IMG/VR virus record: IMGVR_UViG_3300020020_000024
Origin: an uncultured virus (IMG/VR IMGVR_UViG_3300020020_000024)
Taxonomy: Duplodnaviria > Heunggongvirae > Uroviricota > Caudoviricetes
Length of the DNA: 64,000 bases
Strand: one strand, 5' to 3'
Position 1 is the stretch's first letter, and the number at the start of each line of letters is the position of its first letter. The notes below the pieces were generated by a model, which had not been told where the DNA came from, did no database searches, and worked only from the letters and a program-made list of their open reading frames with translations. A program made the position numbers and the translations under genes. Positions 38,571 through 47,890 of this stretch are shown piece by piece.

Positions 38571-38882
38571 TTATTGTTGTTTATCGTCGTCTGCTTCTCC
38601 TTCAATCATTTTTTCAATCAGTTCTTTTACTTCGTCCATTTTTATATGACCAAGTGCTTCAAATGCCATCCTTTCCCATTCTTCAAGTTTTTCTTCACCG
38701 ATCTCTTTACAAAGCTCATTTCTTAGGCGAACAGTAACTTTTTTAAATACAATATTATTTAACCCCTGTGTCGGCTGTGTGACAGAAATCCCCAATGCCA
38801 TGAAGTAATTATTGAATAAATCATTTACAGACATTGTAACTGCCAACTTAAATTCAATTTTAATAATTTTATCTTCTTCCAT
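38571..38882 (-). CDS. hypothetical protein
   Basis: Start ATG38882 follows an AAATCCAATACT leader. Confidence 0.55.
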   Translation of the reverse strand: MEEDKIIKIEFKLAVTMSVNDLFNNYFMALGISVTQPTQGLNNIVFKKVTVRLRNELCKEIGEEKLEEWERMAFEALGHIKMDEVKELIEKMIEGEADDDKQQ

Positions 38883-38892
38883 AGTATTGGAT

Positions 38893-39399
38893 TTATAGTT
38901 TTTTAAATTCTTCAAGTAGCGTGATGACTTGTGATTTTGCAAGAAACTCGTTGCTGTCACCATGCCTCATTGTGTAAAACTGTGAAGCTGTTGGCTTTTC
39001 TTTTTCCTTCTCTTTTTTGTCTGGAATGTGAACCTGTCCGGTATTTACATAAAGACGATCCCATTGGGGGCAATTGAAAAACGGAATTGCTTCTTCGATG
39101 AACACAAGTAAACGAGTTCCATCAGATGCCAATTCTAGTGCGGCAGAAATGCCATTTTGGGTTAGGTAATCCCCTTTGATCATTTTTATTTTTGGCTGTT
39201 GATACTCACTAAACATATCAGCAGGATAGAGAGAAGCCAACTTATGTACGTTGTCATAGCTTTGTTTGTCTCCCTTCTGCAAATAGAACAGAAACTGAAT
39301 TGATTCAGGAGAGCCAGCCTGTTTAAATGCAGACTTCACAACATCCGTAATTTCGTCTGTAATCGGATTGGAAATAAGTACAGAAATTTCTTTTTTCAT
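38893..39399 (-). CDS. hypothetical protein (possible degenerate GT-A fold)
   Basis: ISVLIS N-terminal strand; lies between two glycosyltransferases. Confidence 0.45.
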   Translation of the reverse strand: MKKEISVLISNPITDEITDVVKSAFKQAGSPESIQFLFYLQKGDKQSYDNVHKLASLYPADMFSEYQQPKIKMIKGDYLTQNGISAALELASDGTRLLVFIEEAIPFFNCPQWDRLYVNTGQVHIPDKKEKEKEKPTASQFYTMRHGDSNEFLAKSQVITLLEEFKKL

Positions 39400-39413
39400 A
39401 ATTTTTTATTTTA

Positions 39414-39704
39414 TTATACTCTTGGCGGCCAATGCCATGAACGTTCTTGTGTTAGATCATCATTATATTTAACGGAAGTCAATCTTGCTGTTTCGTCGTG
39501 ATCGAAAAACACTACTAGGTTGCAGGTCATTCCGTCAACGTTAACAACAATTGCTGCTGCTATCTCCCCACCACCATTATACATCCCCTTTTCTTGTGAT
39601 GATGGTACATAGTGAACTATACGTCCTATTGAGGGCGGCATCGGTGCTAGTGTGGGTTCGTGGCCATTTTCAATTGTTTTCTTTTTTTGATCGTTCTTCT
39701 CCAT
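39414..39704 (-). CDS. conserved phage protein
   Basis: PSIGRIVHYV...AAIV...NLVVF...WHWPPRV. Confidence 0.65.
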   Translation of the reverse strand: MEKNDQKKKTIENGHEPTLAPMPPSIGRIVHYVPSSQEKGMYNGGGEIAAAIVVNVDGMTCNLVVFFDHDETARLTSVKYNDDLTQERSWHWPPRV

Positions 39705-39722
39705 TTTCTTATAATTTAAAAT

Positions 39723-40373
39723 TTAAAAATCAAGTTGGCCCGGAATGTGACAAACAAGATAACCAGCAGATTCGGATCGCTGATAGTTATAAAACTTTGT
39801 TTGCAGAAAATCAATAAATCTCCAATCATGTCCGTAATCATCACTCCAATTCGGGCCTAATATTTTTCTATGTGCAATACAACTTGTGCCGATCCTTCCT
39901 TCCGATAATATTGAATGACGTCTGCGTTTGTTGCTCAGATCGGCAGACTCTGCTACAAAATCGTCCATATAAATCCAGTCAGGCATAATACCTCCGCTAA
40001 ATGCTTCTGCTATATTACGCAGGTGCCCGGGCAAAAAAACATCATCGGTATCGAGATAACATATTATTTCTCCAGTAGCACTTTTAATTCCCTGATTCCT
40101 GATAAAGCCGGAAAAAGGTGACTGCTTCTGCAATATTAAAAGTTGACCTTTTTTCAAAGCTGTTACAAGTTGTATAGGTGCTGTTTTCATTTCTAATGAC
40201 CTTATTAAATCAATTGTATCCTGACATCCATCTGAAACTATTATCAATTCTTTATTTTGGTAAGATTGGTCTGCGAAAGAGTTTACAGCCCGTATAAATT
40301 TAGATTTCCGGTTACTTGCCGCATTTGGATAGTCACCAAGATATGATGCCATAATAACGCTTATCTTTTGCAT
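39723..40373 (-). CDS. glycosyltransferase family 2
   Basis: ISVIMASY, ELIIVSDG, RNQGI, YLDTDD. Confidence 0.88.
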   Translation of the reverse strand: MQKISVIMASYLGDYPNAASNRKSKFIRAVNSFADQSYQNKELIIVSDGCQDTIDLIRSLEMKTAPIQLVTALKKGQLLILQKQSPFSGFIRNQGIKSATGEIICYLDTDDVFLPGHLRNIAEAFSGGIMPDWIYMDDFVAESADLSNKRRRHSILSEGRIGTSCIAHRKILGPNWSDDYGHDWRFIDFLQTKFYNYQRSESAGYLVCHIPGQLDF

Positions 40374-40376
40374 ATG

Positions 40377-40535
40377 CTATTTTTTTTCTGATAAATTATT
40401 TCGTGTAAGATTAAGAGTAATTAATACGGACAACGTAACGAGACAAACAGATTTAAATGAAAATATTTCAGCAGATACTGATAAAACTAAGTTTGATATC
40501 ACATTAATTATTATTAATAATAAGAGATTTTTCAT
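40377..40535 (-). CDS. small two-TM protein (52 aa; not in ORF track)
   Basis: MKNLLLLIIINVISNLVLSV...VCLVTLSVLITLNL; fills the gap between neighbouring genes. Confidence 0.5.
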   Translation of the reverse strand: MKNLLLLIIINVISNLVLSVSAEIFSFKSVCLVTLSVLITLNLTRNNLSEKK

Positions 40536-40730
40536 TTAAAGTCTTATTGGCTGTGGGATGTTATAAACAGATTTTGAAACAAGTATAGTATTATCTTCTT
40601 TAAATACTTTTATCATTGCTTTTTTAGTATCGTAATTCCAGGTCATCTCGTTATGTCTGGCCATGGCCGCAAGAACTTCATTGCAGTCTTTCTCGTCGTC
40701 AAATTCAATGATTATTTTATTTTTTGCCAC
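40536..40730 (-). CDS. hypothetical protein
   Basis: Packed ORF. Confidence 0.5.
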   Translation of the reverse strand: MAKNKIIIEFDDEKDCNEVLAAMARHNEMTWNYDTKKAMIKVFKEDNTILVSKSVYNIPQPIRL

Positions 40731-40733
40731 AAG

Positions 40734-40937
40734 TTATTTTTTTTCCTGATAAACAGACCAATCGGTTTCCCATTCTTCCGAAGTACGATATGCCCAAAAA
40801 GCATTTGGACTGAGACTGTAACCCATTTCGTCAATGTAAATAGTTCCTTTCATTGTAATAAATTCATGAGCATCAAAGAACCTGTGAGTAACTTTCTCAC
40901 CTTTTCCCATCGCCTCTATTGCCTGTTCTTTTGTCAT
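40734..40937 (-). CDS. small phage protein (possible DUF2829-like)
   Basis: MTKEQAIEAMGKGEKVTHR...ETDW. Confidence 0.5.
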   Translation of the reverse strand: MTKEQAIEAMGKGEKVTHRFFDAHEFITMKGTIYIDEMGYSLSPNAFWAYRTSEEWETDWSVYQEKK

Positions 40938-40949
40938 GGTTACTTGCTA

Positions 40950-41420
40950 CTATTTAGCAGATTTTAAAGCAGGATAAAATTTTATTCTAACCTTTGATTT
41001 TGCTGGCAATGAAAAATTAAAGGTGCTATATCGGTCAATGGTAAATTCTTTTTTACACAACCGTAGCCTGTTATTTAACGGAACTGTATCAAAGGGAGTG
41101 TTGACCGTGACGTTTCCGTTTGTTCCATGTATTACACCATGTAAATATGATCCTACTACTAATTCATCATCACTATCTGATAATATTTCAAAGAGGACAA
41201 TATTAAAGATTGTTTTATTATTGGCAAATTCATATCTAATATCACCATATGTGATACCTGCAATCGGACAAGTTATAGATAAATCAGGTGGTAACCCGCT
41301 TTTTATAGCACCTAAATCAAATAAAGAAACCGATTGATTTGCATCGCCTTTATTTTCTACATCAATTGTGTACGGCATTCTATTTGAGAGTTCATCTAAA
41401 TACATTAAGATATTGTCCAT
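40950..41420 (-). CDS. displaced paralogue of the putative major capsid protein
   Basis: MPY..V / LGA / IAGITY / NN / NG / EFTID / VRIKFYP align with 5515-6192. Confidence 0.7.
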   Translation of the reverse strand: MDNILMYLDELSNRMPYTIDVENKGDANQSVSLFDLGAIKSGLPPDLSITCPIAGITYGDIRYEFANNKTIFNIVLFEILSDSDDELVVGSYLHGVIHGTNGNVTVNTPFDTVPLNNRLRLCKKEFTIDRYSTFNFSLPAKSKVRIKFYPALKSAK

Positions 41421-41426
41421 AGTTTT

Positions 41427-41885
41427 TTATTTAGTAGATATATAAATAGCAGCACCAGTTGCAACAATTGCCCCACCAATTGCCCACCGCTTTGCTCTTT
41501 TCTGTCGCTTAACTTCCTTTTCTAATTCAGCATTTTTTATCTGCAACAACTTGCCGGCAAGATCAGAGTTGGCTAGTTGTGTTGTTTTAATGTTGATAAG
41601 TTCTCTATTGGCCGAATCAAGTTTTTCGCTTTTATATAAAGCAATATCAGCATTATCCAGCGCTCTCTGCTGATCAGATGTTTTAGCTTCAAGTATTAAA
41701 ACCTTTTGTTTAAATACTGTCAGGCTATCCTTAACACGAAGGGAATTTTGTACTAATGGTACAGGCAAACAAAGCATACTATCTTTTGACGGCAATGTAT
41801 CAGTTACCAAAGTATTCCGTGAATTTGCGGCGAAGGCTGTCGCCAAAAAGATCGTTATAACGAGGGGAAATGTTTTTAAGTTCAT
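41427..41885 (-). CDS. signal-peptide coiled-coil protein with C-terminal hydrophobic tail (spanin-like partner)
   Basis: Signal peptide, coiled coil, WAIGGAIVATGAAIY; overlaps the upstream gene by 86 nt. Confidence 0.5.
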   Translation of the reverse strand: MNLKTFPLVITIFLATAFAANSRNTLVTDTLPSKDSMLCLPVPLVQNSLRVKDSLTVFKQKVLILEAKTSDQQRALDNADIALYKSEKLDSANRELINIKTTQLANSDLAGKLLQIKNAELEKEVKRQKRAKRWAIGGAIVATGAAIYISTK

Positions 41886-42249
41886 TATTGAGGTTATTTA
41901 ATTGGTTATCGTATCTGGAAATCTTGTTGTTTAATATTCTGCGTTCATCCCTAAGCAATGCAATGTCTTTCCTGAGACTATCTGTATATAGTATGATACT
42001 ATCAGCATGGGTTTGCAGTTTTGCATTTTCCTGGCGCAAACTATCAACGACCTGCTGAACGTTGCCGCTTGATGATCCTTTTTTGAGTGCGGTAACACCG
42101 AGAACAACGATAACAATCAAGCCAGCCGCTACAATTATAAGTAAAGCAAATATCAATCTGAATCTTTTTTCAATATCAGTTTTTATATGAGAATTATTGC
42201 TAATAGTATCAACCCTGTCGGCAGTAATATTTGTTTCTTTATTATCCAT
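41800..42249 (-). CDS. TM + coiled-coil protein (i-spanin-like)
   Basis: N-proximal TM followed by a long heptad region. Confidence 0.55.
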   Translation of the reverse strand: MDNKETNITADRVDTISNNSHIKTDIEKRFRLIFALLIIVAAGLIVIVVLGVTALKKGSSSGNVQQVVDSLRQENAKLQTHADSIILYTDSLRKDIALLRDERRILNNKISRYDNQLNNLNNELKNISPRYNDLFGDSLRRKFTEYFGN

Positions 42250-42254
42250 AGTAA

Positions 42255-42773
42255 TTAATTTTTTCTTATTTGAATTTCCTGATCCATCTTCTGCATGTCT
42301 TTTGCTATGTTATTTGATGTGTCATAGATTGATTGTATGCGGCTTGTTGATTTGACATCATCCTCGTCCTCTATTTGGCAACCATTAAGTAAGCCTTCAA
42401 GACAAAAGGCAGTCCAAACAAAATTATCTATTCCGAATGATTGAAAGATTTTAAGTATGCGGTAGCCCAAATTGTTAATATTTTCCCGGCCTATTGATTG
42501 AAGAAAGGTGTACTGCCTTTCTGTAATATCCTGGTTAACGATCAATGAGTTTTTATTTTTGAAGCCTTCTGAAAATATATTTGCAAGATCACCAAGAACC
42601 TGGATGCAACTTGCAACAGACTTCAATTCCCGATAGGAAATAAATGTTCTTGTGATAAATGTATCTTCTGCTACTGCAGCCCATGTAAAATTCTCAATTT
42701 TATAAGACTTGAAAACTCTTTCCAGATCATTAGCCATCTTTGTGGCTTCTTTTTTTGTAATCGCTCTGATCAT
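42255..42773 (-). CDS. hypothetical protein with internal duplication
   Basis: FKSYKIENFTWAA vs FQSFGIDNFVWTA. Confidence 0.6.
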   Translation of the reverse strand: MIRAITKKEATKMANDLERVFKSYKIENFTWAAVAEDTFITRTFISYRELKSVASCIQVLGDLANIFSEGFKNKNSLIVNQDITERQYTFLQSIGRENINNLGYRILKIFQSFGIDNFVWTAFCLEGLLNGCQIEDEDDVKSTSRIQSIYDTSNNIAKDMQKMDQEIQIRKN

Positions 42774-43522
42774 TATTTATCTTTTTTAGTTCTGCTATTA
42801 ATTACTTGCCTCACATCTTTCCAGGAAAATTTTGTTCTTATACTTTGTTTCCTTTTCCCTTTTACCTTCTTACTCTTTCCTTTCGATAGTCCTTTATCTT
42901 TTTTCTCTTGCTCTTTACGCTTTTTATATTCGTCAACCCATTCTCCACTCATTAGCTTCCGGTAATCAAATTCAACTCCAACCGTATCGTGAACTGTTAT
43001 CTTTTCACCCAGAAACCCCAACAACTCATTGTTATAAAGAACGGCGATTTCATCTATTTTAAAATCACCTTCAACAAACCTTTTACCCCTATCTGTGATC
43101 GCCCAATAACCAGATGACTTTTTATTTGGGTCGTCGGTTTCTTCCTGTGCTTTCTTTCTGATAAGTTTCCAATGGGCAAATTTTGAAAAATCAGCACTCT
43201 GGGCATTCGTTAGTTTTAGTTCCTGGTCATAATGAAAGAAAATTTTATGTGGTTGTAATTTATCCATTTTATACAACTTAAAAAGAGCATCGGCCATTGA
43301 TTCAGTTATATTACGGGGATAAATTTCAGCGTGTTGGCCACACGAAGGGCAGGTGCATCCTTGCCATAATTCTTCTTCTGTAAGGATAGCATATTGCTTT
43401 GGCTTAGGCTTTTCCTGAGTAGCTAATTTGGTCAGGTCTTTTACAATTCGGTCAGCATCAGTAACGAAATAACCTTCTGCTCTTAAAATGCTGACAATGT
43501 TCTTTTCAATCTTTTTACTCAT
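42773..43522 (-). CDS. Zn-ribbon + winged-helix DNA-binding protein
   Basis: CTCPSCGQ...DFSKFAHWKLI...GYWAITDRGKRF. Confidence 0.6.
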   Translation of the reverse strand: MSKKIEKNIVSILRAEGYFVTDADRIVKDLTKLATQEKPKPKQYAILTEEELWQGCTCPSCGQHAEIYPRNITESMADALFKLYKMDKLQPHKIFFHYDQELKLTNAQSADFSKFAHWKLIRKKAQEETDDPNKKSSGYWAITDRGKRFVEGDFKIDEIAVLYNNELLGFLGEKITVHDTVGVEFDYRKLMSGEWVDEYKKRKEQEKKDKGLSKGKSKKVKGKRKQSIRTKFSWKDVRQVINSRTKKDK

Positions 43523-43979
43523 GTGATACCTGTTGTTGAGTTAACTCATTAATTATTTTTCTTCTAGTTTCAATTTCATCTTTGACCACGACAAATGCTT
43601 TTTTTAGACTAACTCCAATATAAAGACCGATTATCCCGATCATTTTGTCATTCATCAATTTATTATTTCTTGAAAATATATGTCCATCAATTAACAGTAT
43701 ACCACCTGCCTTTACTCCAAGCCACTTTATTTCAAATTTTTTTTCCAAATGAATCGCCCAAAATCCATCGGGGGCAGTTTTCCAACTATTAGCAGGTATC
43801 GCTAGGGCCATCTCAACTGCCTTTTCCTCTATTGTTGATGTCTTTGATTTGTTTTCTTCAATCTTTTTATTCACGAATTCTTTATGCCTTCTTTTCATTA
43901 GTATGCTTCCCCTCACATATAGAATTATGGTTGCAATTGCGGCAATTACTAATACGATAAGAATAATTTGTGGGTTCAT
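43515..43979 (-). CDS. N-anchored membrane protein
   Basis: N-terminal TM. Confidence 0.6.
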   Translation of the reverse strand: MNPQIILIVLVIAAIATIILYVRGSILMKRRHKEFVNKKIEENKSKTSTIEEKAVEMALAIPANSWKTAPDGFWAIHLEKKFEIKWLGVKAGGILLIDGHIFSRNNKLMNDKMIGIIGLYIGVSLKKAFVVVKDEIETRRKIINELTQQQVSHE

Positions 43980-43991
43980 AGATAACTTGTT

Positions 43992-44468
43992 TTATATTTC
44001 TGTAAGTTGAAAGCTATCTCTTATTAATTTTCTGAATACATAAGATTTTATAGTTGCAATAGTGCTTGCATTGTGTTCAAGCGACCAGGTGTGAGCGACT
44101 AGCAAGTAAGGAGGTTGCTTGTCATCAGGGCATGTCTTTACCTTACAGTCAGCAAGCCTACCTTCGGTTGGTTTTAACCCACACTCATGAAGCGAACATA
44201 GGCCATTTTGTAAAAAAGGACAACAACCTCTTTGATGGTCGTATCCTATCTGATACATTTCAATTATGGGGATGCCGTATTTTACACCAGCAGCCCACGC
44301 CGTCCGGAATATTTTATCGCCATGTCCAGCCGCAATAAGTTTAATAATATCTTCCGGTGTGCCAAGACAAGGAGCAGTCTTACACATATTAACGCACAAA
44401 TCGCATGTGCATGAATTTTCCTTTGTGCAGGAAGATTCTTTTATATACTCTTGCTCAGTCATTCTCAA
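43992..44468 (-). CDS. YkgJ-like cysteine-cluster protein
   Basis: CTCDLCVNMC...CPFLQNGLCSLH...KP. Confidence 0.65.
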   Translation of the reverse strand: MRMTEQEYIKESSCTKENSCTCDLCVNMCKTAPCLGTPEDIIKLIAAGHGDKIFRTAWAAGVKYGIPIIEMYQIGYDHQRGCCPFLQNGLCSLHECGLKPTEGRLADCKVKTCPDDKQPPYLLVAHTWSLEHNASTIATIKSYVFRKLIRDSFQLTEI

Positions 44469-44793
44469 AAAATAATTCAGGAAAGTTAGCCTGGATCATT
44501 TCCTCAACGGTACTATATAATCCCGCAGGAGATCGTAACGCATCAAGGTAAGTCCGGTTGATATTCTTTTTTATTAACAATAATCTCAGATTCAAATTTG
44601 GACAACGTTGTTCATCTTGTTTCATTAGCCATCCTACACACACATGGCCGTCTTTTTTATGACAATGATAAACTGCGCCCCATTGTTCGTCCTGCTCCAT
44701 CAACTTTTTAAATTCTTCCTTGTGCCACATCTGCAAAGGAGCGTCTAGTCGGTATGGACAATTATCACAAGGTTGTTTACGATGCAAATCCAC
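44455..44793 (-). CDS. DUF6283-like Cys/His protein
   Basis: PCDNCPYRLD...CH...CVGWL. Confidence 0.6.
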   Translation of the reverse strand: MDLHRKQPCDNCPYRLDAPLQMWHKEEFKKLMEQDEQWGAVYHCHKKDGHVCVGWLMKQDEQRCPNLNLRLLLIKKNINRTYLDALRSPAGLYSTVEEMIQANFPELFFEND

Positions 44794-45059
44794 TATAACT
44801 GTTTTTGCTCCTTCTTTGCATTTATAACATCTCTTATGATAGCCGCTTCTTCAAAATTACTATCCTCTACCTGTTGATTCATCATACTAATAAGATCATC
44901 AACTGACATGTCATGATAAGAAACGGTTGGTTTTTCTGTGGTCTTTTCATCAGTATTTGAATGCCTCATTAATGCAAAACCAAATAAAGCGCCTCCTAGA
45001 AATATTGCTAGATATAAAAGACCATTGGACTGCATTGATTTTTGTTTTTTTGTATTCAT
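44793..45059 (-). CDS. TM protein with UVR (UvrB/C) motif
   Basis: QVEDSNFEEAAIIRDVI. Confidence 0.6.
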   Translation of the reverse strand: MNTKKQKSMQSNGLLYLAIFLGGALFGFALMRHSNTDEKTTEKPTVSYHDMSVDDLISMMNQQVEDSNFEEAAIIRDVINAKKEQKQL

Positions 45060-45062
45060 AGA

Positions 45063-45689
45063 TTATTGGTTGAATGCTTTTACATAAATCTCTTTTCCAG
45101 GAAGTCCACCCCATTTGTCTATAAATCGTTGTTGATTGCTCATGAAGTTGCGATTTAAAAACCTGTCCTTTTGAACGCTTTGACTGACCCGGAATATCTC
45201 AGGATCTAAATAAGAGGTTCTATAAATATCAATTTGTGCTTGAACCATTCGCCAGCTATAATCGCTGTCCTCAAAATAGGCAATCTCAAAACCTTCATCA
45301 AAGTCTCCTACTTTTTCAAAGGTTTCTTTGTTGATTATAAATATGCACCATTGTTTTTCGCTTACATGAAATCCGTGTTGTTGTTCCGTAAGATACCCGT
45401 CTATCTGATCCTGATTTTTACCCAAATAAATATCATCATTCAAAATGATAGCATGGTCACACTTCTCAAATATTTTTTTACACAATAAATTCCAGCTGGC
45501 TGCTACACCTAAGTTACGACCATAATTCAATATCGTCATGTTGTGATGCGCCGCAATACCCTGGTTTCCGTTATCAAGCACAACTACCTGCGTTGATGGG
45601 AAATCAGCAGCATATAGCCCCAATGAACTCACCAATAGATCATAACGATTGACTGTTGGGATACCAATCCCGAAAGTTTGAGAACTCAT
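45063..45689 (-). CDS. glycosyltransferase family 2
   Basis: IPTVNR, VLDNG, NLGVAASWN, LNDDI, GDFDE, YFEDSDY. Confidence 0.88.
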   Translation of the reverse strand: MSSQTFGIGIPTVNRYDLLVSSLGLYAADFPSTQVVVLDNGNQGIAAHHNMTILNYGRNLGVAASWNLLCKKIFEKCDHAIILNDDIYLGKNQDQIDGYLTEQQHGFHVSEKQWCIFIINKETFEKVGDFDEGFEIAYFEDSDYSWRMVQAQIDIYRTSYLDPEIFRVSQSVQKDRFLNRNFMSNQQRFIDKWGGLPGKEIYVKAFNQ

Positions 45690-46069
45690 TTTTCAATTTC
45701 TTTTGGGTAATTATATTGCTCAAAATATCTTGTTACATCAGCGATCCTTTCAAGATTTAGAGGACTCAGTGTTTTCGATAATGCTTTTGTAAATTCTTTT
45801 ACAAATAATTGTTTATCAAAATCTGGAACAATTTCAATAAGTTTTTCAATGGCTTCTCTATCTGCCCTCTTTAAATCTTTATGCTGGCCCAGGTAAAACA
45901 GTTGATAAAAACTGAATCGTTGAAAGGTCTCAGAGTATTCTAGTAAAACAGGACTGTACTCTATGAGTCTTTCGGAATGACTCACTCTTGCAATATACCT
46001 ATGTGTCAATTTTGGATTAACAACAATTATGTATTCCAGGTCGTATTCTACTTCTTGAATAAAGTTCAT
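45686..46069 (-). CDS. hypothetical protein; probable inactive paralogue of the 8466 protease domain
   Basis: ARVS...IE...RF...KRAD aligns with ARIS...IE...RF..HEYCH...LEAD, but HExxH is absent. Confidence 0.5.
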   Translation of the reverse strand: MNFIQEVEYDLEYIIVVNPKLTHRYIARVSHSERLIEYSPVLLEYSETFQRFSFYQLFYLGQHKDLKRADREAIEKLIEIVPDFDKQLFVKEFTKALSKTLSPLNLERIADVTRYFEQYNYPKEIEK

Positions 46070-46137
46070 TATAAATGTTTTTTTTAAAATCCTAATTCTT
46101 TTAACTTTTGTGACCTACTTCTCATTTCAGCGATGAA

Positions 46138-46560
46138 TTAAGTATAAACTTTTTCATCAGTAGCAATATCGCTTGAATAGCCCTTAGCAGTAGAAGCAAT
46201 GTATTTTAATGCCAGCCTCTTTGAATCGGAAATATGCTTATAAAGTTCCTCTGCTCCTTCCAGAATGTCACCATTTCTTATATGATTTAAAGCTTGTCCA
46301 ACCATACTTGCATGTACGCTTTTTTCAACAAAACAATCAACATCGTCAGTATAGTTTAGTAGGCAATGACCTGCGAAGCAAGCAATGCATCTTCTTCTAC
46401 TTCTTTTCTGATCCGTTGTTCCTTCACGCTTACCCCAGGTTTGCATATCTATAATATGCCCTGAGTCTTTAGCTGCAATGAGATCATTAACGGCTAACAG
46501 TATAATATCAGAAAGCGGAAGTTGTACTAATTCCTGAATTGTGGAAGGATGGTGCGGCAT
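46138..46560 (-). CDS. hypothetical protein (possibly prematurely terminated)
   Basis: CIACFAG motif; frame continues for 17 codons after the TAA. Confidence 0.55.
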   Translation of the reverse strand: MPHHPSTIQELVQLPLSDIILLAVNDLIAAKDSGHIIDMQTWGKREGTTDQKRSRRRCIACFAGHCLLNYTDDVDCFVEKSVHASMVGQALNHIRNGDILEGAEELYKHISDSKRLALKYIASTAKGYSSDIATDEKVYT

Positions 46561-46592
46561 ATATAACTATCGAAGTTTGTTTAAGGGATTAT

Positions 46593-46600
46593 CAAATATA
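46593..46600 (-). promoter_or_regulatory. Bacteroidota -7 element TATATTTG
   Basis: TAnnTTTG about 33 nt upstream of ORF 46560. Confidence 0.6.
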
Positions 46601-46650
46601 TATATAAATATTAATTGATGAAATATTTTTTCGTGGCCAAAGCAACAATA

Positions 46651-46677
46651 AAAAACCGCACCTAGTATGTGCGGTTA
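46651..46677 (-). terminator. intrinsic terminator
   Basis: Minus strand AACCGCAC-n-GTGCGGTT followed by T-run. Confidence 0.7.
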
Positions 46678-46720
46678 TATGAAAACAAAAGAAAACAACC
46701 TAGTGAAACCTAATCTATAT

Positions 46721-47290
46721 TTATAATACTCCAATAATAGCGATTCCGATTTTAAAACGCCCTGCTTGACCAGTACCATAACTTGCAGATAGTTTAAAAA
46801 AGCCATTCTTTTTTAATTCTCCATCATCACCAAAATCTGGCACCCAAGTAGTTATTGCCGCCCCAAAAGAAGGATAAATGTTGTTGTAGCCACCTAAGAG
46901 GTCAAGTTCGTTTGTGGGTTGTCCTTTATGTTCTCTGCCCATCGTAGCGTAACGACAATCGGCGAACATCTGCACAAATCCCCAATCTTTCTTTTTCACA
47001 TTTACATACATCCTTGCCCCTAAATCAAGCACAGTCCAATGACGATTCGCATCCTGATTGCTAACATAGGCATCCATTGTAAAAGCAGGATAAATTGTAG
47101 CGTTTTCTTGCATGATGCCTGTTTCAAGACTACCGTAAAACTCCTTGTAATTAGTAACGCCAAAACCACCACCAATTAATAATTTCAAAGGACGTGATTG
47201 ATCTTGTGCAAAAGTAAATGCGGGAGTTGTAAGTAAGATAAAGAACAATGTTCTTAAAAATTTGCTGTTGTTTTTTGTAAAAGTTTTCAT
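46721..47290 (-). CDS. signal-peptide protein, outer-membrane beta-barrel-like
   Basis: AFTFA-Q signal cleavage site; alternating Gly/aromatic strands. Confidence 0.55.
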   Translation of the reverse strand: MKTFTKNNSKFLRTLFFILLTTPAFTFAQDQSRPLKLLIGGGFGVTNYKEFYGSLETGIMQENATIYPAFTMDAYVSNQDANRHWTVLDLGARMYVNVKKKDWGFVQMFADCRYATMGREHKGQPTNELDLLGGYNNIYPSFGAAITTWVPDFGDDGELKKNGFFKLSASYGTGQAGRFKIGIAIIGVL

Positions 47291-47399
47291 TTTAATAAGG
47301 TTTAATTTTTTACTAACCGAATACTAAAGTAATATGCAGAAAAGAAAGATTATAGCATTTGCATCATTAATAAATGTTAATATCTATATAGTAGTATAT

Positions 47400-47885
47400 C
47401 TACGATATGGGTCGCCATTTATGCACAACCCATGCAGAGCGAAAATCGCCGTTTTCAAAGGAGAAAAGATCATCACTAGCTACATAAATACCAGTTCGCC
47501 AGATTTCATCCTCAGCCATAAAATCAACCTTCTGACCGTCATGTGGAAGTGTATTCCGATCCATTGAGATTTTAACAGTTCCTGAAATATCGGTCGTATT
47601 TAATCGCCTGGGTTGTCTTGCTTTCTTTTTACGCTTCTCCATTTTATCAGAAGCGTCAAGTATGTATTCGGTAAGGCCACGTTTCGGATCAAGTTTGTAA
47701 GCGATATGCAATAGGATCGCAGCACAGTCGCCAATTTCTTCCTTAATGTTTTTGTTATCTTTTAAGCCAATAGCTATTGCCAGTTCAATAATTTCTTCAC
47801 CAAGTTTTTTCATCTTATCTGTCAAAGGAATATTCCCAACATACTTTTCAAATACCGCAAGGGCTTGATGTTCTCCGTTAGTCAT
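47400..47885 (-). CDS. MazG-like nucleotide pyrophosphohydrolase with C-terminal extension
   Basis: KLGEEIIEL...IKEEIGDC. Confidence 0.75.
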   Translation of the reverse strand: MTNGEHQALAVFEKYVGNIPLTDKMKKLGEEIIELAIAIGLKDNKNIKEEIGDCAAILLHIAYKLDPKRGLTEYILDASDKMEKRKKKARQPRRLNTTDISGTVKISMDRNTLPHDGQKVDFMAEDEIWRTGIYVASDDLFSFENGDFRSAWVVHKWRPIS

Positions 47886-47890
47886 GATTT

